In this document: positions 1 to 11,305 of the stretch, one piece after another
How the letters are laid out: every line of letters starts with the position of its first letter
How positions within the stretch are numbered: the stretch's first letter is position 1
Assembly: GCA_963814365.1 (NCBI GenBank)
Contig: CAWFCL010000004.1
Location: forward strand, 1,034,660-1,098,659
Source: an uncultured Actinomycetes bacterium
Lineage (GTDB): Bacteria; Actinomycetota; Thermoleophilia; RBG-16-64-13
Direction of reading: 5' to 3'
DNA length: 64,000 nt
Notes under the pieces: model-generated
Told to the model about the DNA's origin: nothing
Databases searched by the model: none
Seen by the model: the letters and a program-made list of their open reading frames with translations, nothing else
Position numbers and translations under genes: made by a program

Positions 1-15
1 ACAATGCCCGCTGGA

Positions 16-61
16 AATGGCGCAACAGGGCGCCTCCCGAAGGAGGCACCCTGTTGCCATT
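16..61 (-). terminator. Stem-loop downstream of the ABC substrate-binding protein gene
   Basis: Imperfect ~20-bp inverted repeat (16-37 / 42-61) around a cgaa loop (UUCG on the minus strand), about 50 nt after the stop at 110. No clean U-tract. Confidence 0.5.
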
Positions 62-109
62 ACGTCGATCGAATCGCTGCTGAGTATCACCTAGACGCGT
101 CCGTCAGAC

Positions 110-1774
110 CTACTGAGCCGACCCCGTGATCCAGCAGTGCGTGAAGTCCAACAGACCCATGGCACTAAAGACCAGATTGTTGGTCCTGTCAGAGCACACA
201 CGACCGTGGCGGTAGGCCATGATCGGGATCGCCGGAACGTCCTCGGCGATGATCTTGTTGATCTCCTGCCACTTGGCGATACGGGCGTCCGTGTCAGCGG
301 TCGAACGAGCTTCCTTCATCATCGCGTCGACTTCCGGATTGTCGTAGTTCGAGTAGTTGTTCGCGCTCTCGCTGTAGAACACCGAGAACATGAAGTTGTC
401 GAAGATCGGATAGTCGCCTATCCAACCCATCCGGCCGATCTGGTACTCATCCGCCTGCAGCTTCTCCAGATAGGCAGCCCACTCCGTGTACTCCTGCTTG
501 ACGGTCAGGCCAAGGGCCTCGAGGTCAGCCTGGACCAGAGTCCAGATCTGCTCGTGGGAACCGCCGCTGTTGCACGACAGGGTGACTTCGGGGGCACCGA
601 CACCGTCAGGATAGCCGGCGTCAGCAAGGTACTGCTTGGCCGCCTCGAGGTCGTACTTGCTGTACGGCCATGCGCCTGGCTCATAACCGGGGATACCGTT
701 CGGGATGAAGTTGTCGGAAGGATTACGAGTCCCCTCCATCGCCACATCGCAGATGGTCTGCCGGTTGATGGCCAACGAGATGGCCTTGCGGACGTTGAGG
801 TCAGCCATGAACGGGTCGTTCAGGTTGATGTCCGCATAGTAGATGGCGAGCTCATCGCCTAGGTACGTCTGCTTGCCCGGGTTGCCGGTGTAGCCATCGT
901 CAGTCACACCGTACTTCCCTTTGGTGGTCTCGATCTGACCGCTCGGGATAGACGTGAAGTCCAGATTGCCAGCCTCGAACTCGAGGAAGGCAGCAGCCGG
1001 ATCGACATAGATCATGTAGTCGATACCGTCGATGTTCGGCTTCTCGCCGTAGTAATCGTCGAACTTCACCAGGCTGATCTTCTGGTTGTGATCCCACTTG
1101 GTGCCAGGAGCCATCATGAACGGGCCGTTGCCGACAGGGGCTTCGGCAAAGGCGTCCTGACCCATGCTCTCGATGACTGCCTGGGGCACGGGGCCAAGGG
1201 TCGGGTTGCCAACCACGAACTCAAAGTCAGCGTACGAGTACTCGAGCGTGGCCTCGAACGTGTAGTCATCGACAGCCCTGACGCCTTCAAGCTCGGTCGC
1301 ATCCCCGTCCTGCATCGCACCCCAGCCTTTGACGGCCTCTAGATGCCAGGAGACATTGGATTTGTTGGCCGGATCGCATAGGCGATTCCAGGCATACACA
1401 AAGTCCTGAGCCTTCACGGGAGTGCCATCGTGGAACTTCGCGTCCTTGTTAAGATGGAAAGTCCAAACGGTAGCGTCTTCGTTGGTTTCCCAGCTATCAG
1501 CCGCTGCGGGAATGAGCTCGCCAGTCACGGCGTCATATGCCGCCAGAGCATCAAACAACGCCTGACCGACCTGCACGCCCTCAGATTCCTCAAGGTCGAC
1601 AGGCTCGATGCAGACAGGCTCATTTATGTAGACCTTAAGAGTACCGCCGGCGACCGCACCCTCGTCGGTCACGCTGCCACCGCTGGTCTTCTCACCTCCA
1701 CAAGCCACCATAGCGAACATCGCCCCGGCCATGACGACCGCGAGAACCAGGGCCAACCACACACGTTTCTTCAT
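110..1774 (-). CDS. ABC transporter substrate-binding lipoprotein, family 5 (peptide/nickel, OppA/DppA-like)
   Basis: Long ORF with family-5 SBP character. Lipoprotein signal MKKRVWLALVLAVVMAGAMFAMVAC. Start moved from 1825 to ATG 1774, which follows GGAGGGAGGAG. Confidence 0.85.
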   Translation of the reverse strand: MKKRVWLALVLAVVMAGAMFAMVACGGEKTSGGSVTDEGAVAGGTLKVYINEPVCIEPVDLEESEGVQVGQALFDALAAYDAVTGELIPAAADSWETNEDATVWTFHLNKDAKFHDGTPVKAQDFVYAWNRLCDPANKSNVSWHLEAVKGWGAMQDGDATELEGVRAVDDYTFEATLEYSYADFEFVVGNPTLGPVPQAVIESMGQDAFAEAPVGNGPFMMAPGTKWDHNQKISLVKFDDYYGEKPNIDGIDYMIYVDPAAAFLEFEAGNLDFTSIPSGQIETTKGKYGVTDDGYTGNPGKQTYLGDELAIYYADINLNDPFMADLNVRKAISLAINRQTICDVAMEGTRNPSDNFIPNGIPGYEPGAWPYSKYDLEAAKQYLADAGYPDGVGAPEVTLSCNSGGSHEQIWTLVQADLEALGLTVKQEYTEWAAYLEKLQADEYQIGRMGWIGDYPIFDNFMFSVFYSESANNYSNYDNPEVDAMMKEARSTADTDARIAKWQEINKIIAEDVPAIPIMAYRHGRVCSDRTNNLVFSAMGLLDFTHCWITGSAQ

Positions 1775-1894
1775 CTTGCGCTCCTCCCTCCTTCGTTCTG
1801 TGAGACCTCTAACTACCTCGTCCAACAGACCTACTATTGCTCCAGATCACTTCTCTAGCCAACGATGCGCCAAGAGGGGCGTGATCTTATAGCC

Positions 1895-2122
1895 TTACAG
1901 GACATACACCAGACCGACGGACAGGCCGGCCCAGACGACAGAACATCCGATAGTGAGACGATCGAGGTTCTTCTGAACCACTCCACCGCCACCCGCTGAA
2001 CCTCCACCGCCGAACATGCTTGACAGTCCAGCATCCTTGCCTGAGTGCAAGAACACAAGAATGAGCAGAGCCACCGCAAAGAGGCTGTCAAGAATCACCA
2101 AGATATATTTCGCCGCTGTCAC
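1895..2122 (-). CDS. secG: Preprotein translocase subunit SecG
   Basis: 75 aa with two hydrophobic helices flanking a Gly-rich loop (SSMFGGGGSAGGGG). Position after tpiA is the classical gap-pgk-tpiA-secG order. GTG start with GGAGGGAA SD. Confidence 0.85.
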   Translation of the reverse strand: MTAAKYILVILDSLFAVALLILVFLHSGKDAGLSSMFGGGGSAGGGGVVQKNLDRLTIGCSVVWAGLSVGLVYVL

Positions 2123-2240
2123 CTAGCCGTTCCCTCCATACCCGCACGCGATCTCGCGCGATTTCCGACTATTGTACCCCCAAAATGTGCACAGATAGTC
2201 AACCCTTTTACAAATGAACCACATTTCTCATGCAAACGGT

Positions 2241-3779
2241 CTAGCACAGAGACCTTCCTGTCATCTCCTCCGGGGTCTTCAGCCCCAACAATCCCAGTAT
2301 GGTCGGGGCGACGTCGGCCAATCCCGCCCCTTCTCGAAGGCGCAGCCCCTCCTGCAGCACCACGAGTGGCACCTTACCGCCGCTATGCGCAGTGTTCATG
2401 GCGCCTTCGGCGTCGAGCATCCGCTCGGCATTCCCGTGATCCGCAGTCACCATGACGCTTGCCCCGGCATTGTGAAGTACCGCAACGACCTCTCCAAGAC
2501 ATCTGTCCACATGACCCACCGCTTCGATAGTGGCCGGAATGTTGCCGGTATGCCCGACCATGTCTGTGTTCGCAAAATTGAGAACCACGAAATCTACCGG
2601 ATCGACCGCCATGATGTCCCGGAACGCCTCAACCACCCCGTAGGCGCTCATGGCAGGTTTCTGGTCATACGTCGCCACATCTTTGGGAGATGGCACCAGC
2701 TTGCGACGTTCGCCCGGGAATGGCTCTTCGATGCCACCATTGAAGAAGAAGGTGACATGCGCGTACTTCTCTGTCTCTGCGATGTGCAATTGCGTAAGCC
2801 CCGCGTCACTTATGACTTGCGCAAGTACGTTGCACGGTTCCTCTTTGGGGAAGGCGACCACTAACCCTAGAGACACCTCGTACTCCGTCATACCCACAAA
2901 GTCTATCTTCGCTCTGGCACCACCGCGGTCAAATCCGCCGAACTCATCCTGAGTAAGCGCCTCTGCCAACTCACGCGCGCGATCTGGTCGGAAGTTGAAG
3001 AACACGACTCCATCGCCGTCGGCGACTCTGGACGCTTCATCTGCACAACAGATGGTAGGTTTGATGAACTCGTCGGTCTCCCCGCGCGCGTATGAGGACT
3101 CGACCGCACCCACGGCGTCCGGCGCGATCAGACCCTCCCCATGGACCAAAGCGTCGTATGCCAACTTGACCCTATCCCAACGCGTATCTCGGTCCATTGC
3201 GAAGTACCGCCCACTAACGGTGGCGATCTCGCCAAGACCCACGGCCCGCATGAACTGCTGCGCTTGCGCCACATACTCACTGCCTGAGGTGGGCGAGGTA
3301 TCACGGCCGTCGGTGAAGGCATGGACGTAGACTTTGTCCAGTCCATGATCTCGCGCCATCTTGATAAGAGCTTCTAAGTGGCGGATATCCGAATGAACCC
3401 CCGCGTCCGACAGCAGGCCCATAAGGTGCAACGAGCGTCCCCGTTCGCGCACGCCTTTCATGAGCTGCGACAGCGCAGCGTTGCGAAAGAAGCTGCCATC
3501 CTGCACAGCGCGGTTGATGCGCGAAAGGTCTTGCAGGATGACTCGCCCGGATCCAAGGGTCAGATGCCCGACTTCCGAGTTGCCCATAACACCTGCGGGC
3601 AACCCCACCGCCTCGCCGCTCGCCTCCAGAAGAACGTGCGGATACCTTTCCCACAAACTATCCCAGTTTGGTTTTTCTGCAAGCGCTATTGCATTTCCTG
3701 GACCCGGATCAGCGTAGCCCCACCCGTCCAGCACTATCAAAGCGGCACGACGTCCCGATGAAAGGGTGAGCCCTGCCAC
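2241..3779 (-). CDS. gpmI: 2,3-bisphosphoglycerate-independent phosphoglycerate mutase
   Basis: iPGM-type sequence (LIVLDGWG..., SEVGHL, ...TADHGNAE). The ORF runs to 3890 but overlaps tpiA. GTG at 3779 lies 4 nt after the tpiA stop and gives a typical ~512 aa. Confidence 0.9.
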   Translation of the reverse strand: MAGLTLSSGRRAALIVLDGWGYADPGPGNAIALAEKPNWDSLWERYPHVLLEASGEAVGLPAGVMGNSEVGHLTLGSGRVILQDLSRINRAVQDGSFFRNAALSQLMKGVRERGRSLHLMGLLSDAGVHSDIRHLEALIKMARDHGLDKVYVHAFTDGRDTSPTSGSEYVAQAQQFMRAVGLGEIATVSGRYFAMDRDTRWDRVKLAYDALVHGEGLIAPDAVGAVESSYARGETDEFIKPTICCADEASRVADGDGVVFFNFRPDRARELAEALTQDEFGGFDRGGARAKIDFVGMTEYEVSLGLVVAFPKEEPCNVLAQVISDAGLTQLHIAETEKYAHVTFFFNGGIEEPFPGERRKLVPSPKDVATYDQKPAMSAYGVVEAFRDIMAVDPVDFVVLNFANTDMVGHTGNIPATIEAVGHVDRCLGEVVAVLHNAGASVMVTADHGNAERMLDAEGAMNTAHSGGKVPLVVLQEGLRLREGAGLADVAPTILGLLGLKTPEEMTGRSLC

Positions 3780-3783
3780 TCTC

Positions 3784-4566
3784 TTACACCGTCTCGAAGC
3801 CGACGACGCGGGCGAATGACTCAATCTTGAGACTGGCGCCACCCACGAGTGCACCGTCGATGTCGGCCTGAGCCATAAGCTCATCCACATTCTCGGGCGT
3901 CACGCTACCCCCGTAGAGTATTCGCACAGACTGAGCGGCCGTGTCTCCAAGAGCCGTCGCCACCTGCTGACGAACGAAGGCTGCGGCCTCTTGCGCCATG
4001 TCAGGAGTCGCTGTGCGCCCCGTCCCGATAGCCCAGATAGGTTCATACGCTATGCACACTCGGCCCGCGTTTCCAGGGTCGAACGTTGCCAACCCTGCCG
4101 GAACCTGCCGTGATAGCACACTCTCGGTCAGTCCTGACTCTCGCTCATGTTCGTTCTCACCTACACACATGATGGGCGAGAGACCCTCGGCCAACACTGC
4201 CGCAAGCTTGTCGGCCACGCTCTTGTCCGTCTCTCCGAAGTACTGGCGCCTCTCCGAGTGCCCGATGATGCAGGCCCTCACCCCAAGGTCCGACAACATC
4301 TCTGCAGAGACTTCGCCCGTATAGGCACCCTCGCTCTGCCAGAACACATCTTGGGCGGCGATCGATATCGAAGATCCGTCCGCTGCCTTCACGGCCTCGT
4401 ACAACCCCGTGAAGGGAGGCGCGACAACGATCTCCCGGTCTACCACCGCCCCCAGAACTTCAGCCAATTGCCTGATAAACGCCGCACCAGACGCGCTCGT
4501 CTTGTGCATCTTCCAATTTCCAGCGATCAGAGGGATCCGACGGACTGCCTCTCTTGTATCAGTCAT
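3784..4566 (-). CDS. tpiA: Triosephosphate isomerase
   Basis: Motifs AGNWKMH, IGHSERR and AYEPIWAIGTG. ATG start. Confidence 0.97.
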   Translation of the reverse strand: MTDTREAVRRIPLIAGNWKMHKTSASGAAFIRQLAEVLGAVVDREIVVAPPFTGLYEAVKAADGSSISIAAQDVFWQSEGAYTGEVSAEMLSDLGVRACIIGHSERRQYFGETDKSVADKLAAVLAEGLSPIMCVGENEHERESGLTESVLSRQVPAGLATFDPGNAGRVCIAYEPIWAIGTGRTATPDMAQEAAAFVRQQVATALGDTAAQSVRILYGGSVTPENVDELMAQADIDGALVGGASLKIESFARVVGFETV

Positions 4567-4571
4567 GCCGT

Positions 4572-5756
4572 CTAACCCGCATCGGCCAGCACGTCGACGC
4601 CGGGAAGGGTCGAGCCCTCGATGTACTCAAGAGACGCGCCGCCGCCCATAGACACATGGTCCATCTTGTCCGCGACCCCAAAAACATTCACTGCCGCTAC
4701 CGAGTCTCCGCCCCCCACCACAGTCACACCCGGGCATTCCGCCATAGCCACGGCAATAGCCTTAGTGCCAGCCGCGAAAGGCTCGATCTCGAACACTCCC
4801 ATCGGACCGTTCCAAAACACTGTGCCGGCCTTGGTGATGGTTCCAGCAAACGCCGCCGCGGACTCGGGACCTATGTCGACACCCATCCAACCGTCCGGCA
4901 TGGCTGTCGCACATGCCACTCGCGTGATTGAGCCAGCGTCCAAGGCTTCGGCAACGATGTAATCCGAGGGCAGCACAAGCTCGCACTTCGAGCCGGTGGC
5001 CTTGCGCAGGGCCGCGGCAGCGACCGTTACCCCCTCTTCTTCCACCTTAGATGCGCCCACGCTAAGCCCTTGCGCCCTTAGAAAGGCGAAACTCATGGCC
5101 CCACCGATCAGTATCTGGTCTGCGAGATCCAAGAAACGGTCTACCACCTTTATCTTGTCAGACACCTTCGCCCCGCCCAGGACCACCACCAACGGTTTCT
5201 TGGGGTCCGAAAGCACGCCATCGAGTCCAAGCAATTCCTTCTCCAGGAGCAACCCGGCCACAGCAGGCAGCTTACTCGCTAGTCCCGCGGTCGTGGCGTG
5301 CGCCCGATGCGCCGCACTGAAAGCGTCGTTGACAAAGACGTCGCCCAGCCGCGCAAGCTCTTCTACCAGGCTCGGGTCGTTCTTCTCTTCTCGTGGGTCG
5401 AATCGAGAGTTCTCGAGTAGCAGCACATCGCCAGGTCCCATACCTGCGACGCCAGCCTCCGCCTCGGGACCGGTCAGAACGTCCACCTTGCGCACCGGCG
5501 AACCAATCAACTCACTCAACCGGCTGGCGGCTGGATTCAGCCTGAACCTATCCTCCGGACCAGACTTGGGCCTGCCTAGGTGGGACATGAGTATGACCCG
5601 ACATCCCTGGTGCCTGAGGTACTCGATGGTGGGAAGTGCGGCCCTAATGCGCGAGTCGTCTGTCACCCTACTACCATCCAAAGGCACGTTGAAATCCACA
5701 CGCACCAGCACACGCTTCCCGGCAAGCTCGATATCGCGGATGGTCTTCTTGGTCAT
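4572..5756 (-). CDS. pgk: Phosphoglycerate kinase
   Basis: 394 aa with RVDFNVP near the N-terminus and GGGDS near the C-terminus. Sits between gap and tpiA. Confidence 0.97.
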   Translation of the reverse strand: MTKKTIRDIELAGKRVLVRVDFNVPLDGSRVTDDSRIRAALPTIEYLRHQGCRVILMSHLGRPKSGPEDRFRLNPAASRLSELIGSPVRKVDVLTGPEAEAGVAGMGPGDVLLLENSRFDPREEKNDPSLVEELARLGDVFVNDAFSAAHRAHATTAGLASKLPAVAGLLLEKELLGLDGVLSDPKKPLVVVLGGAKVSDKIKVVDRFLDLADQILIGGAMSFAFLRAQGLSVGASKVEEEGVTVAAAALRKATGSKCELVLPSDYIVAEALDAGSITRVACATAMPDGWMGVDIGPESAAAFAGTITKAGTVFWNGPMGVFEIEPFAAGTKAIAVAMAECPGVTVVGGGDSVAAVNVFGVADKMDHVSMGGGASLEYIEGSTLPGVDVLADAG

Positions 5757-5783
5757 CTCGAACCCCTCCTGCCCTTCAGCCAG

Positions 5784-6824
<1,041 letters not shown>

Positions 6825-7796
6825 CTAGCCACGGATTCTATCACGAGGACCCTTCGAATCTGCCTTCTCAGCGGCCGCCACGAGCCGTCGCAAACGGTGG
6901 TTGACCGCCGAACGAGTCAGCCCTTCTTCGGCCGCTTCGGCCAGTTCGTTCAGGTTAGCGTACGGGTAGGACGTCCTAAGTTGCGCCATCTGCTGCAGAC
7001 CTGCAGGCATGTGCTCCAATCGACCGGAGCGTTCCAGAAACGCGATCGCCTCCAACTGCCTGCAGGCCGCCATCCCTGTGCGGCGGACATTCGCCGAGTC
7101 ACAGTTCGCGACCCTGTTCGCCCGTGCCCTTACCTCCTTCACGACTGCCTGCTTCTCCACTTCCAGAGCCGCGACATGGGCGCCCGCGGCAGCCAGTGCC
7201 CCGGCGACCTCATCCCTGCCCTTCAGATACACCACGAAATTGCCACGTCGCACCGAATACCCTGGACGAAAGCGCATGTCCACAAGCATCGAGACTAAAT
7301 CTACGCACAGCTCTTCGTGCGGAGTGACCACTTCTAGATGTGCCTCCTTTTCCGGCGTGTTGATAGAACCCGCTCCAATGAGGCACCCACGCAAGAACGC
7401 ACCTTTGCAGCACGCTTTCTTCACAAGCCAGGGCGCGATATCCGTCCGCAGACCGAACTTGTCGCTGAGCACGCCCATCTCATTCAGTGCCTGTAGTGCA
7501 GAAGCCGTCCCGGGGATACGCACCTCGTAGATCAGCCTATGACCGAGCCCAGCCTCCCTAGAAGTGATCAGAAGGCCTTCCGCTCCCAGCGCCTTGAAGT
7601 GCGAATACACCATCTTGACGGCAAGCTGGACGGTACTTGCCACGCGGATCTCGTACCGGTCCTCTTCCTTGGTGCCGCCCCGTATCAAGAAGGTGCCTGC
7701 GGTGTGCATCAAGCCGGCCATCGCGCCCTTGCGGCAACATTGATTGCCGTCCTCAACGCGCATCAGTTCTTCGCGAACAATCCTGGTGAAGCCCAT
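6825..7796 (-). CDS. whiA: DNA-binding protein WhiA
   Basis: 323 aa with a C-terminal HTH (LNELAEAAEEGLTRSAVNHRLRRL). Conserved position after rapZ and before gap. Confidence 0.9.
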   Translation of the reverse strand: MGFTRIVREELMRVEDGNQCCRKGAMAGLMHTAGTFLIRGGTKEEDRYEIRVASTVQLAVKMVYSHFKALGAEGLLITSREAGLGHRLIYEVRIPGTASALQALNEMGVLSDKFGLRTDIAPWLVKKACCKGAFLRGCLIGAGSINTPEKEAHLEVVTPHEELCVDLVSMLVDMRFRPGYSVRRGNFVVYLKGRDEVAGALAAAGAHVAALEVEKQAVVKEVRARANRVANCDSANVRRTGMAACRQLEAIAFLERSGRLEHMPAGLQQMAQLRTSYPYANLNELAEAAEEGLTRSAVNHRLRRLVAAAEKADSKGPRDRIRG

Positions 7797-7798
7797 GT

Positions 7799-8734
7799 CT
7801 AACGATGTTCCTCTTTGTCGATGTCGCGGTGACTGACACTCAACACCAGATCGGGCTCCGCACCAAGTCTCTTCCCCAATTCTTCGACCAAAGCCACAGA
7901 ACGATGGCGCCCGCCTGTGCAGCCCACGGCAACGACGAGCCGCTTCTTCTGCTCGCCAACAAATCGCGGAGCAACGAAGTGCAGCAGATCGATCAGTCGC
8001 TCCAGAAAGCCCACTGCCTCGGCGCGGTCGACAACATAGGCGCTGACGGCGTCATCAAGTCCCGAAAGATCTCTGAGCGCCGGTTCCCAATACGGGTTTG
8101 GCAAAAACCTGGCATCCAGGATCATGTCGGCCTCGTTGGGAATCCCGTATCTGTACCCAAAGGACACAAGACTGACAAACAACTGCCCCCTGAGGCCATC
8201 GGCAAGTATCGTCTCCTCAAGGTACCGGCGCAGCTGCCATGGGGACATGTTCGTGGTGTCGATCACCGTGTCTGCCTGACTCTTCAACGCACTAAGCAGG
8301 CTGCGCTCCCTGGCGATGCCTTCTCGTAGATGCGCCGACAATGGGTGGGGTCGCCTGCTCGCCTGATATCGCGCGACCAGCGACTCGTCCGAGGCCTCCA
8401 GATACAGCAGTCGAAACGCACTGCCGGATCTGCGCAGGCATTCGAGAGCGTGGTCCAACTCCTCAAAGAACTCGCCGCCACGAGCATCGAACACCAGCGC
8501 CACCTTGCTGACGCGGCTCCCCTCTAGAGAGAAGAGCTCCAGTGCGTTCGCTGTCATGCGGGGCGGCAGATTGTCTATGCAGAAGTAACCCATGTCCTCG
8601 AAGGTCGCTACCACCTCAGACTTACCCGCCCCTGACAAGCCCGTGATGATGGTCAAGATCCAGGCCTCGCTCTTCGCTCTCGCAGCTCCTGTCAGAGGCT
8701 CTGGAATCGTCCCCACCCATCGTCCCTTCCGCAC
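7799..8734 (-). CDS. rapZ: RNase adapter / nucleotide-binding protein RapZ (YvcJ family)
   Basis: Walker A GLSGAGKS and C-terminal GCTGGRHRSV motif. The start is uncertain: GTG 8734 gives an unusually long N-terminus and internal GTG/TTG starts are possible. Confidence 0.88.
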   Translation of the reverse strand: MRKGRWVGTIPEPLTGAARAKSEAWILTIITGLSGAGKSEVVATFEDMGYFCIDNLPPRMTANALELFSLEGSRVSKVALVFDARGGEFFEELDHALECLRRSGSAFRLLYLEASDESLVARYQASRRPHPLSAHLREGIARERSLLSALKSQADTVIDTTNMSPWQLRRYLEETILADGLRGQLFVSLVSFGYRYGIPNEADMILDARFLPNPYWEPALRDLSGLDDAVSAYVVDRAEAVGFLERLIDLLHFVAPRFVGEQKKRLVVAVGCTGGRHRSVALVEELGKRLGAEPDLVLSVSHRDIDKEEHR

Positions 8735-8736
8735 TC

Positions 8737-9306
8737 TCAGCCATGTTGCCCTCGGCCTCCACCTTCAACGAGACGTTCGTGATCCAACAACCGGACTTTC
8801 CAGCTGGGGTCAGTGCCATATCGGCCCAGACTACCGTCTGAGCGGATCACCCGGTGGCACGGCACCACTATCGGGATGGTGTTGCCCGCCATCACACTAC
8901 CTACCGCCCGCGCCGCTCTGGGGTATCCCGCCAGCTGCGCCAACTCTCCGTAGCTGACAGTGGAGCCGGCGGGCACACTCATGAGCGCCTCCACCGTCCG
9001 ACGCGCAAAGACACTCATCTCGTCCAGATTCCACCGGATATCCTCTGAGCACCAAGACGGCCGCTCCCCACGGAAGTATGTCTCTAGGCTAGAGACCCAA
9101 TGACGGAGCGCCGCCCGGTCCTCAGAGTTCCCTTCGCCCTCTCGTGGTCCCAGACTCGTCAGTTCTACCGGGGGCAGCTCCACCTGAGTCAGACGCCCCG
9201 CCACCAAGATCACCACGCCGTGGCCCCATGGCGTCCAGAATCCGGCCGCGCACGGACCAGCGTCCGTAGAACCCACCGCCACACTGTCAACCGGTCTTGT
9301 GTACAA
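8737..9306 (-). CDS. ogt: Methylated-DNA-protein-cysteine methyltransferase
   Basis: Active site PCHRVIRSDGSLGRYG in the C-terminal domain. Start uncertain: TTG 9306 overlaps the uvrC end, and GTG 9282 is an alternative. Confidence 0.85.
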   Translation of the reverse strand: MYTRPVDSVAVGSTDAGPCAAGFWTPWGHGVVILVAGRLTQVELPPVELTSLGPREGEGNSEDRAALRHWVSSLETYFRGERPSWCSEDIRWNLDEMSVFARRTVEALMSVPAGSTVSYGELAQLAGYPRAARAVGSVMAGNTIPIVVPCHRVIRSDGSLGRYGTDPSWKVRLLDHERLVEGGGRGQHG

Positions 9307-11152
9307 AGGCGTGCACCTCCCGTGCCACTTTGCCCGGTAGACCGGGAACGGCCTCTAATTCCTCGCGCGTCGCCTGCAGGAATCGCTCTGGCGAACCGAA
9401 GTGCTGCAGGATCGCCTGCTTCCGTCTTTCCCCTACCCCAGGAAGTTGATTCAAGAGCGAGCCCGTGGTGTGGGTCGCGCGCCTCTGTCTGTGGTAGCCG
9501 AGCGCGAACCGGTGGGACTCGTCTCGCACCCTTCGCAGAAGCAGTACTCCCACATGGTCAGCGGCCAGATCCAGAGGTTCGGCCGCCCAGGGGACAAAAA
9601 CCTGTTCTTCACGTTTTGCCAGAGAAACCGCCGTCACCACCGCGTCCAGGTCGAGTTCGCTCAGCGCTCCCACTACCGCGTTAAGTTGGCCCCTGCCCCC
9701 ATCGATCAAGAGCATGTCCGGCACTGCCTCGAACGATGGGTCGTATCCGTCGGACCCGCCCTTCGCACGTGTGAAGCGCCGGAGTATCACTTCGCGCATG
9801 GCTCCGAAATCATCCTGTCCGCTTGTGGAACCGATCTTGAACTTGCGGTAGTCGCCTTTCTTGGGAACGCCACCCTCGAATACCACCATGGAAGCTACGA
9901 CGTCCTCGTCACCCAAGTTCGAGATGTCGTATCCCTCGATACGCATGGGCGGACCGCACAATCCGAGCTCCTCCTCCAAGGCTGCCAACGCGCCAAGGCG
10001 CATCTCTCGACTACGCTCTTCTTTCATACGTTCGTGTGTCAGTGTCAAGACCGCGTTCCTGTCGGCCATCTCTTGCAGCCGGCGTTTGTCCCCGCGTTCG
10101 GCCTGCTTGACGACCACCTTCTTAGACCGTAGTCCGTGAAGCAGGCTGGATACCTCCGCCAGATCATCAACTCCGGCGGGGACTATGACTTCGGCTGGCA
10201 ACCCCGCCCCCGCCCCGTAGTACTCTGACGTGAAGCGTTCTATGATCTCCTGCCGGCTCGAGCCTGCGACATTCACGAAGGTCAGACTCCGTCTGTCGGC
10301 AAGCTTGCCTTCCCTTGTGATCAGTACCTGTACGTTCGCCCCCCACTCGTCACAGGCCATCCCGATCACATCCGCGGACCCCAATGAGGACGACTCCACC
10401 TGCTGCCGTTCCAGAACGTGCCTAAGCGCCGACAACCGGTCCCGCAACGACGCTGCGGCCTCGAAGTCCTGTCGTTCAGACGCTGACTGCATCTCACTCT
10501 CAAGCCGCCGCACCAACGCTGGTTCGCGGCCACTCAGAAAGTCCACCACCTGGTCGATCATAGCCCTGTACTCGGCCACGCTCACCGCGCCCACACACGG
10601 CCCAGGGCAACGCTCGATATGCAACTGCAGGCAAGGGGAACCCGAGCGCCTACCCGGCTGCTTGCCGGCGCATGTGCGCATCGGAAACACACGCTCCAAA
10701 GCGTCCAACGTTTCGCGGACGCGTGCCGCACTCGGGTATGGCCCGAAGTAAAGATTCCCGCGTCGATGTGGCTGCCGGGTGAAGACCACCCGTGGATACT
10801 CCTCCTCGGTGGTCACCATGATGTACGGGTAAGACTTGTCGTCACGGAGCCTGATGTTGAAAGGCGCCCGATGTTGCTTGATGAGATTCTGCTCCAGCAA
10901 CAGCGCTTCAGCTTCGTTGCCCGTGACTATCCAGTCGACAGCGCACGCTTTGCCCATCATCTCACTGACCTTGGCGGGGATGTTGGTCGACCGCTTACCC
11001 CCTGCCGCCGGAATATAGCTGGCGAGTCGTTTTCGCAGCGAGCGGGCCTTGCCCACATAAAGGACGTTTGCCTGCTCGTCCTGGAACAGATACACACCGG
11101 GTTGGTTCGGCGAGTGTCTCATCTGCTGAGTGAGTTCTTCGGTCACGCTCAC
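9287..11152 (-). CDS. uvrC: Excinuclease ABC subunit C
   Basis: GIY-YIG N-terminus (PGVYLF...LYVGKA), UvrB-interacting region and C-terminal (HhH)2. The ORF is open to 11305. GTG 11152 leaves ~17 aa before PGVY, as in the orthologues I remember, and leaves room for divergent promoters. Start confidence is low. Confidence 0.9.
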   Translation of the reverse strand: MSVTEELTQQMRHSPNQPGVYLFQDEQANVLYVGKARSLRKRLASYIPAAGGKRSTNIPAKVSEMMGKACAVDWIVTGNEAEALLLEQNLIKQHRAPFNIRLRDDKSYPYIMVTTEEEYPRVVFTRQPHRRGNLYFGPYPSAARVRETLDALERVFPMRTCAGKQPGRRSGSPCLQLHIERCPGPCVGAVSVAEYRAMIDQVVDFLSGREPALVRRLESEMQSASERQDFEAAASLRDRLSALRHVLERQQVESSSLGSADVIGMACDEWGANVQVLITREGKLADRRSLTFVNVAGSSRQEIIERFTSEYYGAGAGLPAEVIVPAGVDDLAEVSSLLHGLRSKKVVVKQAERGDKRRLQEMADRNAVLTLTHERMKEERSREMRLGALAALEEELGLCGPPMRIEGYDISNLGDEDVVASMVVFEGGVPKKGDYRKFKIGSTSGQDDFGAMREVILRRFTRAKGGSDGYDPSFEAVPDMLLIDGGRGQLNAVVGALSELDLDAVVTAVSLAKREEQVFVPWAAEPLDLAADHVGVLLLRRVRDESHRFALGYHRQRRATHTTGSLLNQLPGVGERRKQAILQHFGSPERFLQATREELEAVPGLPGKVAREVHAFVHKTG

Positions 11153-11305
11153 GGCAGGCTCAAATGGCCTTTCCAAGGTGCTTGTCTGACTTACGCTCAG
11201 GCCTTCTGTAGTGTACCGCAGCCCAGGTACACCGACTCGGGAGCGGTGGAGCCCATGATAAACTTTCACGCACATCCACCTAGACCCATTTGGACGGAGG
11301 ATCAC

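Noticed and set aside
10619-11305. The first 229 codons of the 777-aa + strand ORF
   Set aside because: This part is antisense to uvrC and has no recognisable protein features. The acyl-CoA dehydrogenase homology begins right after GTG 11306, which has a GGAGGA SD. It is a long open antisense frame typical of high-GC DNA.
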